The notes beneath the pieces are model-generated. The model saw only the letters and a list, made by a program, of their open reading frames with translations. It did not search any database and was not told the DNA's origin. From positions 2,848,001 to 2,912,000 of the forward strand of contig OZ242318.1 in assembly GCA_965208105.1 (NCBI GenBank): DNA of 64,000 nt, read 5' to 3'. How positions within the stretch are numbered: position 1 is the stretch's first letter; each line of letters begins with the position of its first letter. Position numbers and translations under genes: made by a program. Of the stretch, positions 36,378 to 46,563 are shown piece after piece. This DNA comes from Candidatus Latescibacterota bacterium (lineage in GTDB: Bacteria; Latescibacterota; UBA2968; UBA8231).

Positions 36378-38201
36378 ATGCTGAAATCATGTTTTCGGGT
36401 TGCTGTCCTTTCAGTTGCCCTGGCCGGCAGCACTCATGCGGACAAGGCCGCCTACCGCAGCCATGCTCTGTCCATGTTCGACGACGTCAAATACGGAGCC
36501 GGCTTTGAACACTTCGACTACGTCAATCCCAACGCCCCAAAAGGCGGAGAGCTGCGCCTGGCCACAGTAGGCACCTTCGACAGCCTCAATCCTTTTACCC
36601 TGAAGGGAGTGGCCGCAGCCGGAACCTTGCTCATATACAACAGGCTTCTCACCAAGTCGCTGGATGAGCCTTTTACCGAGTACGGCCAGCTGGCCGAAAG
36701 CATCGAGTGTCCCGACGATCGGTCCTGGGTGATCTTTACCCTTCGCCGCGAGGCGCGCTGGCACGACGGCAAATCCGTTACCCCTGAGGATGTAATCTTT
36801 TCATTCGAAACTCTGACCACCAGGGGGCTGCCCTTCTTCCGCACCTTCTACGCCGATGTGACCGCGGTCGAGAAGATCGGCAACCACCAGGTAAAGTTCT
36901 CCTTCAGAAGCGGGACCAACCGCGAGTTGCCCTTGATCATCGGGCAGATGCGGGTGCTGCCCAAACACTACTGGGAAAACCGCGACTTCGGCGAGACCAC
37001 CTTGGAGCCTCCCCTTGGAAGTGGTCCCTACAGGATCGAGGCGGTAGACCCGGGCCGGTCCATCACCTACAGGCGGGTGGACGGAAACTGGGACCAGGAT
37101 ATGGCGGTGCAGTCGGGACAAAACAATTTCGATCTCATCCGCTATGACTACTACCGCGACGACACCGTTGCCATCGAGGCACTGAAGGCGGGTGAATATG
37201 ACTTCCGCGTAGTGGGCAACGCCACGGAGTGGTCCACCGCCTACAATTTTCCCCCGGTGGACGCGGGCTGGCTGGTGAAGGAAATGATCCCCCACGAGGT
37301 TATCAGGGGGATGCAGGGCTTCTGTTTCAATACCCGGCGGAGCAAATTCGCCGATCCGAAAGTCCGGCAGGCCCTGGCCTACGCGTTCGACTTTGAATGG
37401 ACCAATGCCCGGTTGCTCCACGAATTCTTTGTGCGCAGCAAGAGCTACTGGAACAACTCCGAACTGGCCTCTTCAGGATTTCCGGAGGGATTGGAACTGG
37501 AAATTCTCGAGGGATACAGAGGCCGAATCCCCGACGAAATCTTTACCTCCGCCTTCATTCCCCCGGCGACCGATGGATCGGGTGATATCCGCGGCAACCT
37601 GCGCAAGGCGCAGCGCCTGCTGGCTGCAGCCGGATGGAGGGTGGCGGACAACAAGCTCACCCAAACCGCAACCGGGGCGGTGATGACCATCGAATTCCTG
37701 TTGGTCTCGCCTGTTTACGAGCGCATCATAGGCCCCCTGCAGAAAAACCTGGAACGGCTGGGCATCGAGTCTCGCCTGCGCACCGTGGACTCGTCCCAGT
37801 ACCAGAACAGGTTGCAGGAATTCGACTACGATGTGATCGTGGCCAGCTGGCGCCAGACCCTGAGCCCGGGCAACGAGCAGCGCAATTTCTGGAGTTCGGA
37901 GACGGCCGAATTCAACGGGAGCAGAAACTATGCCGGAATCGCGGACGAGGTAGTGGATGAATTGGTGGAACGCGTCATAGCGGCGGAGAGCCGGCAGGTG
38001 CAGGTGGCACTGACGCGTGCGCTAGACCGCGTGTTGCTGTGGGGGCACTACGTGATTCCGGGATGGTACAGCCGCGACTATCGCCTGGTCTATTGGGACA
38101 AATTCGGGAAGCCCGCGGAACCCCCAAAGAACGGACTGGGATTCCCCCGTACCTGGTGGTACGACGCCGACCGGGCTGCCGAACTGCGGCAGCAGAGGTA
38201 G
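36378..38201 (+). CDS. yejA: Peptide ABC transporter substrate-binding protein
   Basis: HFDYVNPNAPKGG, FDSLNPF, PGNEQRNFW; yej gene order. Confidence 0.9.
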   Translation: MLKSCFRVAVLSVALAGSTHADKAAYRSHALSMFDDVKYGAGFEHFDYVNPNAPKGGELRLATVGTFDSLNPFTLKGVAAAGTLLIYNRLLTKSLDEPFTEYGQLAESIECPDDRSWVIFTLRREARWHDGKSVTPEDVIFSFETLTTRGLPFFRTFYADVTAVEKIGNHQVKFSFRSGTNRELPLIIGQMRVLPKHYWENRDFGETTLEPPLGSGPYRIEAVDPGRSITYRRVDGNWDQDMAVQSGQNNFDLIRYDYYRDDTVAIEALKAGEYDFRVVGNATEWSTAYNFPPVDAGWLVKEMIPHEVIRGMQGFCFNTRRSKFADPKVRQALAYAFDFEWTNARLLHEFFVRSKSYWNNSELASSGFPEGLELEILEGYRGRIPDEIFTSAFIPPATDGSGDIRGNLRKAQRLLAAAGWRVADNKLTQTATGAVMTIEFLLVSPVYERIIGPLQKNLERLGIESRLRTVDSSQYQNRLQEFDYDVIVASWRQTLSPGNEQRNFWSSETAEFNGSRNYAGIADEVVDELVERVIAAESRQVQVALTRALDRVLLWGHYVIPGWYSRDYRLVYWDKFGKPAEPPKNGLGFPRTWWYDADRAAELRQQR

Positions 38202-38222
38202 GAAAGCACAGAAACCCCGCCA

Positions 38223-39329
38223 ATGCTCGCCTACATAGTACGCCGCCTGCTGCTCATGGTCCCGACCCTGTTCGGGATTATGCTCATCAATTTCGTCATC
38301 GTCCAGGTCGCCCCGGGCGGGCCGGTGGAACGCATGATCGCCTCGATCCAGGGCCACTCCACGGATGCCACAGTCCGCGTCAGTGGTGGCGGAGAAATGG
38401 AGGATTTGGACCTTACCCGGTGGTCCGGAAGCCATCCTGTCTCCAGCAAGTACCGGGGCGCTCAGGGCATAGACCCCGATCTCATCCTCGAACTCGAGCG
38501 CATGTACGGTTTCGACAAACCTCCCCATACCCGGTTCCTGCAAATGCTGGACAGCTATTTGCGTTTCGACTTCGGGAACAGCTTCTACCGCGACCGGAGC
38601 GTTGTCGATCTGGTCCGCGACAAAATGCCCGTATCGATCTCCCTGGGACTCTGGAGTACCCTTTTCATCTACTGCATATCCATCCCCCTGGGCATTGCCA
38701 AGGCCGTGCGCGACGGCTCGCGTTTCGACGTGTGGTCCTCCGGTGCGGTTATTGTCGGCAATGCCGTCCCCGGGTTCCTTTTCGCCGTCCTGCTCATAGT
38801 GGTCTTTGCCGGGGGACACTACCTGGACTGGTTCCCACTGCGCGGACTGACCTCGCCAAACTGGCAGGAACTGAGTCTCTTCGGCAAAATTGTCGACTAC
38901 TTCTGGCACCTCGTCCTGCCTGTTGCGGCTCTGGTCATCGGCGGATTTGCCGGTCTCACTCTTCTGACCAAGAACTCCTTCCTCGACGAGATCAACAAGC
39001 AGTACGTGACCACGGCCTACGCAAAGGGGCTGAGCGACCGCCGCGTGCTCTACGGCCATGTCTTCCGCAATGCCATGATCATCGTCATCGCCGACTTTCC
39101 CCGCGCCTTCGTGCACATTTTCTTCACCGGATCTTTGCTTACCGAGATAATCTTCTCCCTCGACGGCCTTGGTCTTCTGGGGTACGAAGCAGCCATCGGC
39201 CGCGATTACCCGGTTATGTTCGCCACGCTTTACTTCTTCACCCTTCTGGGTCTCGTGGTACAGCTGATTGGCGACCTGACCTATACTCTCGTCGACCGGC
39301 GCATCGACTTCGAAAGCCGGGAAGTATGA
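38223..39329 (+). CDS. yejB: Peptide ABC transporter permease
   Basis: [35 protein letters not shown]. Confidence 0.92.
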   Translation: MLAYIVRRLLLMVPTLFGIMLINFVIVQVAPGGPVERMIASIQGHSTDATVRVSGGGEMEDLDLTRWSGSHPVSSKYRGAQGIDPDLILELERMYGFDKPPHTRFLQMLDSYLRFDFGNSFYRDRSVVDLVRDKMPVSISLGLWSTLFIYCISIPLGIAKAVRDGSRFDVWSSGAVIVGNAVPGFLFAVLLIVVFAGGHYLDWFPLRGLTSPNWQELSLFGKIVDYFWHLVLPVAALVIGGFAGLTLLTKNSFLDEINKQYVTTAYAKGLSDRRVLYGHVFRNAMIIVIADFPRAFVHIFFTGSLLTEIIFSLDGLGLLGYEAAIGRDYPVMFATLYFFTLLGLVVQLIGDLTYTLVDRRIDFESREV

Positions 39330-39330
39330 A

Positions 39331-40422
39331 ATGAGCAATGCCAGGAACGACCTTCCGCCATCCGCAGACGGCCGCTTTCTCGGTTTTGGCATCTCGCGTC
39401 TCAATTACCGCCGGCTGTCGAACTTCAAGAGCAACCGGCGCGGTTACTGGAGCCTCTGGATATTTCTGGTACTCTTCGGACTCAGCCTGCCGGCCGAATT
39501 CATCGCCAACGACAAACCTATCCTGGTCCGCTACGGAGGCGAGTTCTATTTCCCGGTGTTTTCGGTATATCCCGAGAGCACCTTCGGCGGAGATTTCGAG
39601 ACCGAGGCCGAATACCGCGATGCCTTTGTCATGGAGCTGATCGAAGCACAGGGCTGGATGCTGTGGCCTCCCATCCGCTATGCATACAGAACCATCAACT
39701 ACGATCTGGAGATGCCCGCTCCGGCGCCGCCATCGAGGGAGAACTGGCTGGGCACGGACGACCAGGCTCGAGACGTGGTTGCACGCCTGATCTACGGGTT
39801 CAGGATCTCGGTGCTCTTCGGGCTGGTCCTGACCCTGTTCAGTTCGATCATCGGAATCGCCGCCGGCGCCGTTCAGGGTTACTTCGGCGGCTGGCTCGAT
39901 CTATTTCTGCAGCGGTTTACCGAGATATGGTCCGGCCTGCCGACTCTCTACTTGCTGATTATTCTGGCGAGCGTGGTGGAACCCAGCTTCTTGTGGCTCC
40001 TGGGCCTTATGCTGCTCTTCAGCTGGATGAACCTCGTAGGTTTGGTGCGGGCCGAATTTCTGCGCGCACGCAACTTCGAATTCGTGCGCGCCGCCCGAGC
40101 CCTGGGGGTGGCCGACGCCAAGATCATCATGCGTCACGTTCTTCCCAACGCCATGGTCTCCACATTGACCTTTTTACCCTTCATCCTCACGGGATCTGTC
40201 ACCGTGCTTACATCCCTGGACTTTCTGGGCTTTGGCCTTCCTCCCGGCTCTCCTTCCCTGGGGGAACTTCTCAACCAGGGCAAGCGCAACCTGCAGGCAC
40301 CGTGGCTCGGCCTGACGGCGTTTTTCGTGATATCCGTCATGCTCTCCCTGCTGGTCTTCATCGGAGAAGCCGTGCGCGACGCCTTTGACCCGCGCAGGAG
40401 CCTGGCGCCGGAGGAGGTGTGA
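39331..40422 (+). CDS. yejE: Peptide ABC transporter permease
   Basis: NRRGYWSL, LGTDDQARDV, GEAVRDAFDPR. Confidence 0.92.
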   Translation: MSNARNDLPPSADGRFLGFGISRLNYRRLSNFKSNRRGYWSLWIFLVLFGLSLPAEFIANDKPILVRYGGEFYFPVFSVYPESTFGGDFETEAEYRDAFVMELIEAQGWMLWPPIRYAYRTINYDLEMPAPAPPSRENWLGTDDQARDVVARLIYGFRISVLFGLVLTLFSSIIGIAAGAVQGYFGGWLDLFLQRFTEIWSGLPTLYLLIILASVVEPSFLWLLGLMLLFSWMNLVGLVRAEFLRARNFEFVRAARALGVADAKIIMRHVLPNAMVSTLTFLPFILTGSVTVLTSLDFLGFGLPPGSPSLGELLNQGKRNLQAPWLGLTAFFVISVMLSLLVFIGEAVRDAFDPRRSLAPEEV

Positions 40423-42029
40423 TGAGCCTGCTCGAACTCGACAATCTCGGAGTGACCTTTCACCTGGAGAGCGGCAACATAGCCGCCGTGAACAAAGCCT
40501 GCCTCCGGGTCGAACGGGGCGAAACCGTTGCCCTCGTGGGAGAATCAGGGTCGGGAAAGTCGGTGACGGCACTCTCGGTGCTTCAGCTTCTGCCCTACCC
40601 CCGGGCCTCGCATCCCCACGGACAAATCCGATTCGCCGGCGAGGACCTGCTCGGATTGCCCCGCAAACGGCTGCGCGAAATTCGCGGCGACCGCATCTCC
40701 ATGATCTTCCAGGAACCCATGACATCGCTCAACCCGCTGCACACCATCGAGAGACAGATCAGCGAGACGCTGATCCTGCACAAGGGCTTGACCCGCGGGC
40801 AAGCCAGGAGACGAAGCGTAGAGTTGCTTGACATGGTGCAGCTGCCCGGCGCCGCGGCCCGCCTCGACGCCTGGCCGCACCAGCTTTCGGGAGGACAGCG
40901 GCAGCGGGTTATGATCGCCATGGCCCTCGCCAACGAGCCCGATCTTCTCATCGCCGACGAACCCACCACCGCCCTGGACGTGACCGTTCAAGCGCAAATC
41001 CTTGCATTGTTGCGCGAACTTCAGCGCAAGTTGGGCATGGCTATTCTGCTGATCACCCATGACTTGAGCATGGTCCGCCACATGGCCGACCACGTGTCGG
41101 TCATGTGGTCCGGAGAAACGGTCGAATCCGGTCCCACCGAACGAATCTTCGATGCTCCGCAACACCCATACACGAAAAAGCTACTCTCCTCCGACCCACC
41201 GGATCCGCCCGCACCTGCCGACGAGGATGCGCCCGTGATCGCCAGGGCGAAAAACCTCAAAGTCTGGTTCCCGATCAAACGCGGAATCCTGCGCCGCACC
41301 TCGGGGCATGTCAAGGCAGTCGACGGAATCAGCATAAACCTGCGCGCCGGTCATACCATCGGCGTGGTGGGCGAGTCCGGGTCAGGCAAAACCACGCTGG
41401 GGCTGGCGCTTCTGCGGCTGGTCGCCAGCCATGGGCCCATCCATTTCAGGGGAGTGGAGACCCAGGGGTTGCGCGCCAGGGAGTTGCGGCCTCTGAGGAG
41501 GGATATGCAGATCGTTTTCCAGGACCCCTTCAGCTCTCTGAGCCCCAGGCTTTCGGCCTTCCAGGCCATAGAGGAAGGGCTTGTAGCACACCGAATGGGA
41601 GGCGGCTACGAGGAACGCCGACGCCTGGTGGCCGCCACCCTTGACGAGGTCGGGGTCGATCCGGGGACAATGGACCGTTTTCCGCACGAGTTCTCCGGAG
41701 GCCAGCGCCAGCGCATCGCGATCGCGCGCGCCATGGTGCTCAGGCCTCAATTCGTGGTGCTGGACGAACCAACCAGCGCACTGGACAGAACCACCCAGGC
41801 CGGGATCGTCGAACTATTGCGCGATCTGCAAAAACGCTATAATCTGGCCTATCTTTTCATCAGCCACGATCTGCGCATCGTACGCGCCATGGCAAGCGAA
41901 CTCATCGTGGTGAAAGACGGATTGGTGGTAGAAGAAGGAGCGGCCGAAAAAATCTTTTCCGCACCGCGGTCCAGGTACACGCGCGAATTGATGGCTGCCG
42001 CTTTTGGCCCGGGTCCGGCGACAGGTTGA
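40419..42029 (+). CDS. yejF: Peptide ABC transporter ATPase with duplicated NBD
   Basis: Two GESGSGK motifs and two SGGQRQR signatures. Confidence 0.92.
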   Translation: MMSLLELDNLGVTFHLESGNIAAVNKACLRVERGETVALVGESGSGKSVTALSVLQLLPYPRASHPHGQIRFAGEDLLGLPRKRLREIRGDRISMIFQEPMTSLNPLHTIERQISETLILHKGLTRGQARRRSVELLDMVQLPGAAARLDAWPHQLSGGQRQRVMIAMALANEPDLLIADEPTTALDVTVQAQILALLRELQRKLGMAILLITHDLSMVRHMADHVSVMWSGETVESGPTERIFDAPQHPYTKKLLSSDPPDPPAPADEDAPVIARAKNLKVWFPIKRGILRRTSGHVKAVDGISINLRAGHTIGVVGESGSGKTTLGLALLRLVASHGPIHFRGVETQGLRARELRPLRRDMQIVFQDPFSSLSPRLSAFQAIEEGLVAHRMGGGYEERRRLVAATLDEVGVDPGTMDRFPHEFSGGQRQRIAIARAMVLRPQFVVLDEPTSALDRTTQAGIVELLRDLQKRYNLAYLFISHDLRIVRAMASELIVVKDGLVVEEGAAEKIFSAPRSRYTRELMAAAFGPGPATG

Positions 42030-42165
42030 CCTGAATGTATTCTTCTTTCCCGATGCCTTCCCGCCCGAATCCGGGTTCCCAGCCGGGGAGACCGGGTCTC
42101 CGCTCCCCCGGTCTGGAGCAGGGGAATACATCGTGAATGAATTTTGAGGATTGGAGAAAAGCACG

Positions 42166-43104
42166 ATGCCACAGCGTATGGTCTATATGAATGGAGCCTT
42201 CGTCCCCGAGTTGGAAGCGCGGATTTCGCTCTTCGACAGCGCCTTCATGTACGGCGACATGGTGTTTGAGTTGACCCGTTCCTTCAAGCAAAAGCCCTAC
42301 CGCCTGCGCGACCACATGGAGCGGCTGTACGGCTCACTGCGATACGCCGAAATCGACTGCGGCTTCGGTATTGCGGAGATGGAGGAGATCACCCGGGAAA
42401 CCGTAGCGCACAACCTGCCCGCCCTTGAAGGATTGGAATTCCATATATTGCACAACGTGAGCCGCGGCGGCATGCCAATTTACGAGGAACTCATCAAAGA
42501 GAGGAGCAGACCGACCGTCATTATCCACACCTATCCGATCATTCGCACCCTCGGCAACATGGCCAAACGCTACAATCGCGGTGCCCACTTCGTGGTCACT
42601 CCGCAGCAGTCCGTGCCTTCGCGCTACATCGATCCCAAGGCCAAAAACCGCAGTCGCATCTACTACAAGATTGCTGACCTCCAGGCCTCGCGCATGGGAG
42701 AGGATGCAAACGCCCTGCTGACGGACGAACGCGGCTTTATTACGGAAGGCACCGGCAACAACATCTTCGTCGTCCACGAAGGCCGGATCTCGACCCCCAG
42801 ACCCCACAACATTCTCCGGGGCGTGGGCCGCCACTGCTGCATGGAACTTGCCGACAAGCTTGGGATGCCCGTTCGCGAGACGGATATCGAACCCTATGAC
42901 CTGCGCACCGCCGACGAAGCATGGTATACGAGCACCACGATCTGCATGATTCCCATCACCCGGTTTAACTTCCAGACCATCGGAGATGGCAAACCGGGTC
43001 CAGTTTACCGGAAGATCCTAAACGCCTGGTGCGCGGAGGTGGGTGTGGACATTCCCGCCCAGGCGCGAGAGTACGCCGGATTGGTCGAAACCTGGCACCC
43101 CTGA
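42166..43104 (+). CDS. Class IV PLP aminotransferase (IlvE/Dat-like)
   Basis: YGD.VFE, TEGTGNN, IL.GV.R, G.GKPGPV. Confidence 0.88.
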   Translation: MPQRMVYMNGAFVPELEARISLFDSAFMYGDMVFELTRSFKQKPYRLRDHMERLYGSLRYAEIDCGFGIAEMEEITRETVAHNLPALEGLEFHILHNVSRGGMPIYEELIKERSRPTVIIHTYPIIRTLGNMAKRYNRGAHFVVTPQQSVPSRYIDPKAKNRSRIYYKIADLQASRMGEDANALLTDERGFITEGTGNNIFVVHEGRISTPRPHNILRGVGRHCCMELADKLGMPVRETDIEPYDLRTADEAWYTSTTICMIPITRFNFQTIGDGKPGPVYRKILNAWCAEVGVDIPAQAREYAGLVETWHP

Positions 43105-43204
43105 TCGGTTGGTGCCGATTTGTAAGGAGGACCGCCGCCCGCACACCTGAATATCTCGAAGCTCCGTGCCGGTTCCAGCGAAAAATTTCCGCCCCCGGCG
43201 CTGG

Positions 43205-43525
43205 CTATTCGGACTTGAACATGCCGAATGCGAAAGCTTCCGGCAGCTCATCGAATATGATGTTTCCCTTTTCGTCACTGGCGAGCAGCCGGGACATGTA
43301 GGTGCTCCACCGCTCCAGCACTTCCCCTTTTCTGCTCTCATTCCAGTCTTCTTCGGTAGGTGCAACCGCGTGCAGAAAGAGCCGGTCTTCCCAGCGGTAA
43401 ATTGCCATGCTCACGTTGTTGACCTCCATGGTCTCGGCCAGATCGGGCCAGAGGTTGTCATGGGCTTCCTTGTATTCATCGTAGCAACCTGGCCTTATCC
43501 GCATTGACATACCTATCGAAAACAT
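43205..43525 (-). CDS. L-rhamnose mutarotase family protein
   Basis: M.IRPG..DEYK.AHD.LWP; strong AAGGAGG RBS. Confidence 0.8.
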   Translation of the reverse strand: MFSIGMSMRIRPGCYDEYKEAHDNLWPDLAETMEVNNVSMAIYRWEDRLFLHAVAPTEEDWNESRKGEVLERWSTYMSRLLASDEKGNIIFDELPEAFAFGMFKSE

Positions 43526-43565
43526 GATGCCCCTCCTTTCGATTGTAGGGATTGGAGCCTGCGGA

Positions 43566-44531
43566 TCACTTTTTCTGAAGAGAATCCTCCAGCCCCATGA
43601 GCGCCGCGTAGAGAGCGCGAGTCCCGGCAAGGGGGACCGAAAGCCTTTCTGCCTCCTCGATCATGGGACCTACGCAGGCGCGGAACTCCGTAGGATGGCC
43701 TCGGAGTATATCCACCAGGGCGGAATGGGCGGTTTGGCCCTTGCCCAGAGGTGAGGCCAGCACGTCCTCGACCGCTTCCTCGACACTTCCCCGGCACCAG
43801 GTCTCAACGTGGTAGAGACTGAAGTCGATCAGGGGAATCCCCTTTGCCGCGGCCAGAGCGCTGAGCTCGCGAACTACATCCACCAGTTGGGCGGCGAGCA
43901 TCCTGTTGGTGACGATGCCCGCGTTGTACTGCCTCGAAAGAGTGGCGAGCAATCCAAGGGGTGTCCAACCAATCATTTTTGCCCAGGTAATGGGCAAGAT
44001 GGAGTCGGAGGCCTGCACCTTGAGCCCGGCTCGCCGCAAAAGAGCCGCGAACGATTCGACCCGCTCCGATCTCGAGCCATCAAGCTCACCCAGATAGTTT
44101 CCCCCGTCAAAGGTCCACTCGATAAGCCCGGGGGCCGTGCGCGTCGCGGAGATGACCGTCAGGGCTCCAACCACCTTTTCCCTTCCAAACGCAGCGCTCA
44201 GGATTTCGTCTTTGACAACTCCATTTTGCAACGAGGCGACAAAGTCGCGCACCCGCAGGTGCTGCGTAGCCCTCAGGGCCTCTTCGGTGTGCTGGGCTTT
44301 TGTCGCAATGATAAGGACATCGCATTCCCGCAATGCGCCGCCATGGTCGACCGCCTCGATCTCAACGGTGAATTCGCGAAGTCCTCTCATTTGGAGACCG
44401 CTTCTTCCCATGGCTTCCACATGGGCGCCGGGCCTGCCCACTACCGTGACCGCACATTCGCCTTTATGGGCAAGAAGGGCGGCAACGGTGCCGCCAACTC
44501 CACCGGGTCCGACAACGACGATCCTTTTCAC
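43566..44531 (-). CDS. Ketopantoate reductase (PanE/ApbA) family protein
   Basis: GPGGVGG, TKA, LQNG, WAK, D..RG.PTE. Confidence 0.85.
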   Translation of the reverse strand: MKRIVVVGPGGVGGTVAALLAHKGECAVTVVGRPGAHVEAMGRSGLQMRGLREFTVEIEAVDHGGALRECDVLIIATKAQHTEEALRATQHLRVRDFVASLQNGVVKDEILSAAFGREKVVGALTVISATRTAPGLIEWTFDGGNYLGELDGSRSERVESFAALLRRAGLKVQASDSILPITWAKMIGWTPLGLLATLSRQYNAGIVTNRMLAAQLVDVVRELSALAAAKGIPLIDFSLYHVETWCRGSVEEAVEDVLASPLGKGQTAHSALVDILRGHPTEFRACVGPMIEEAERLSVPLAGTRALYAALMGLEDSLQKK

Positions 44532-45607
44532 GGTGCTCCTCGATCCCCCGTCCTGCTGCGGAATGATCGGCCTTTTTCCCAAGGGACATGGTGGTTCCTC
44601 TTGCCCGCCCGCCCTGCTCCAACCTGCCCGCTCGGGAGCTCGCCTGATTCGGGACGTTGACGCAGCGCCTCGAGAAGGCGGGAAAAGTCCGCAGGCAACT
44701 CAGCCGTAAATTCCATCGGCACACTGCTGCGAGGATGCTCGAACCGCAAGGTCCGGGCGTGCAGCGCCTGCCTGTGGATCATCTCCTGCAATTCTTTTGC
44801 CCGGCGGCGAAACTCCCCTTTTATCCCGCGAATTCTGTTTACTCCTCCATAGAGAGGGTCGCCAAAGACGGGATGGCCTTCGTGCTGCAAGTGCACGCGG
44901 ATCTGGTGGGTCCTCCCCGTCTCCAGACGCAGATCCAGCAGGCACAAAAATGCATATCGCTCCACCACCTCGAAGTGGGTCACGGCGGCGCGCCCTTCCT
45001 CGACTACCGCCATCTTCTTCCGGTCCCGGGGGTTCCGCCCGATCGCCGCATCGATCCGTCCCCGGTCCTGGCGCGGATGCCCCCAGGCCAAGGCCGCGTA
45101 GCACCGCTCGACCGAACGGCTCTCGAGTTGGGCGGCCAGACCGCGGTGGGCCCCGTCGTTTTTTGCTACCACCATCAAGCCGGTGGTGTCTTTATCAAGG
45201 CGATGTACGATCCCGGGACGCAACAACCCATTTATGCCCGACAAGTCGCTGCAATGGTACAACAATGCGTTCACCAGTGTGCCTTCCCACGAACCGGGAG
45301 CTGGATGCACCGCCATGCCGGCACCTTTGTCCAGCACCAGCAAATCGTCATCCTGGTAGAGAATGTCGATCGGAATGTTCTCGGGTTCCACCGAAAGCCG
45401 TTGCGGCGGCGGAGGGTCCAGCCGGATTCTGTCACCCGCGCTAACCGGGTAGCTGGGCCGCGTCTTCGCGTCGTTTACCAGGACATGGCCGTCCTTGATG
45501 AGCACCTGAATCCGCCGACGCGAAAAGAGGGGGCAGCTTCTGCTCAGAAACAGATCCAGCCGCTGCCCTTCTTCGTGGAAGGAGACATCGAACCACATAC
45601 TGTGCAC
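44528..45607 (-). CDS. rluD: RluA/RluD-family pseudouridine synthase
   Basis: S4 domain, VHRLDKDTTG, TGRTHQIRVH. Confidence 0.9.
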   Translation of the reverse strand: MHSMWFDVSFHEEGQRLDLFLSRSCPLFSRRRIQVLIKDGHVLVNDAKTRPSYPVSAGDRIRLDPPPPQRLSVEPENIPIDILYQDDDLLVLDKGAGMAVHPAPGSWEGTLVNALLYHCSDLSGINGLLRPGIVHRLDKDTTGLMVVAKNDGAHRGLAAQLESRSVERCYAALAWGHPRQDRGRIDAAIGRNPRDRKKMAVVEEGRAAVTHFEVVERYAFLCLLDLRLETGRTHQIRVHLQHEGHPVFGDPLYGGVNRIRGIKGEFRRRAKELQEMIHRQALHARTLRFEHPRSSVPMEFTAELPADFSRLLEALRQRPESGELPSGQVGAGRAGKRNHHVPWEKGRSFRSRTGDRGAP

Positions 45608-45614
45608 AAAGTGC

Positions 45615-46115
45615 TCACCCCTCCAGCACCTGGTCGCCAGGACGTTTCCGGCCGGGGCTGGTTTTATCTTTTTCTCTTTGCACCAGGTAGCCGGTCGCCA
45701 GTAGGAATATCCCCGCGGTGACGAATGAGTCCGCCACATTGAATACCGGCCAGCGCAAAGCTCCGAAACCAAAGTCGAAGAAGTCGACCACCGCCCCCAG
45801 GTACAGTCGGTCGACAATATTCCCCAGCGCACCCCCCACGACCATGCTCAATCCCAAACGCAGACACCGGCTTTCCCGGGGAGTAGTAAAAAAAAGCCAT
45901 CCTACGAAAAGCAGGGCAGCGATGGAGATCAGTGTATGCAGAAGGGAACTGCCCAGATCGAGGCCGAATGCCGCTCCCGGGTTGTGGATGTAGGTCAGCC
46001 GGAAATAATCTCCCAGCACCGGAATCGATTCCCGCCTGACCATCGTTTGCTGAACAACAATCTTGGAGCTTTGATCAAAGACCAGAATTACCGGGACCGC
46101 CCAGAGTACCTTCAC
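45615..46115 (-). CDS. lspA: Lipoprotein signal peptidase II
   Basis: DQ.SK, NPGAAFG, GNIVDR, VVDF, FNVADS. Confidence 0.93.
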   Translation of the reverse strand: MKVLWAVPVILVFDQSSKIVVQQTMVRRESIPVLGDYFRLTYIHNPGAAFGLDLGSSLLHTLISIAALLFVGWLFFTTPRESRCLRLGLSMVVGGALGNIVDRLYLGAVVDFFDFGFGALRWPVFNVADSFVTAGIFLLATGYLVQREKDKTSPGRKRPGDQVLEG

Positions 46116-46489
46116 TACGCCCCGGTTGCCTGTCTGGACTTGCAATCGATGCACTGAGTCGCCGTGGGAACGGCCTCCAGGCGCGCGCGCCCAACCTGGC
46201 CGCCGCAAACCCGGCATATGCCGAAAGTTCCGTTCTCGATGCGCTCGATCGCCTCGTTGAGGAGTTCCAGATAGTCGCCTTCGCGCTGGGCAAAAAGCAG
46301 GGACTTTTCCCGCTCCATGGCATCGGTACCTCGATCGGCCATGTGCAAGGAATAGGCGGAACGATCTTCCGTAGATTCCCGCCCCGCTTCATCGCGCGCG
46401 ACACGCTCGATTTCCTCCAGCCCGGCAGCAGCCTGGCTGCGCTTTTCCAGGATCAGGTTTCTGAAGAATTTCAGCTCTTCTTTGGTCAT
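46115..46489 (-). CDS. TraR/DksA C4-type zinc finger protein
   Basis: HMAD.GTD, GTFGICRVCG, ARLEAVP...QCIDC. Confidence 0.9.
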   Translation of the reverse strand: MTKEELKFFRNLILEKRSQAAAGLEEIERVARDEAGRESTEDRSAYSLHMADRGTDAMEREKSLLFAQREGDYLELLNEAIERIENGTFGICRVCGGQVGRARLEAVPTATQCIDCKSRQATGA

Positions 46490-46563
46490 TCCAGGTTCTC
46501 CGATTATGGAATTTCAACCCCTTTCGATCATCCCCGGGTGGTCGAGGGGATAACCCTGCAAAC

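Noticed and set aside
42060-42120. GC-rich hairpins here and at 46518-46550 as ncRNA
   Set aside because: Short, unrepeated, no family features; probably terminator or stability elements
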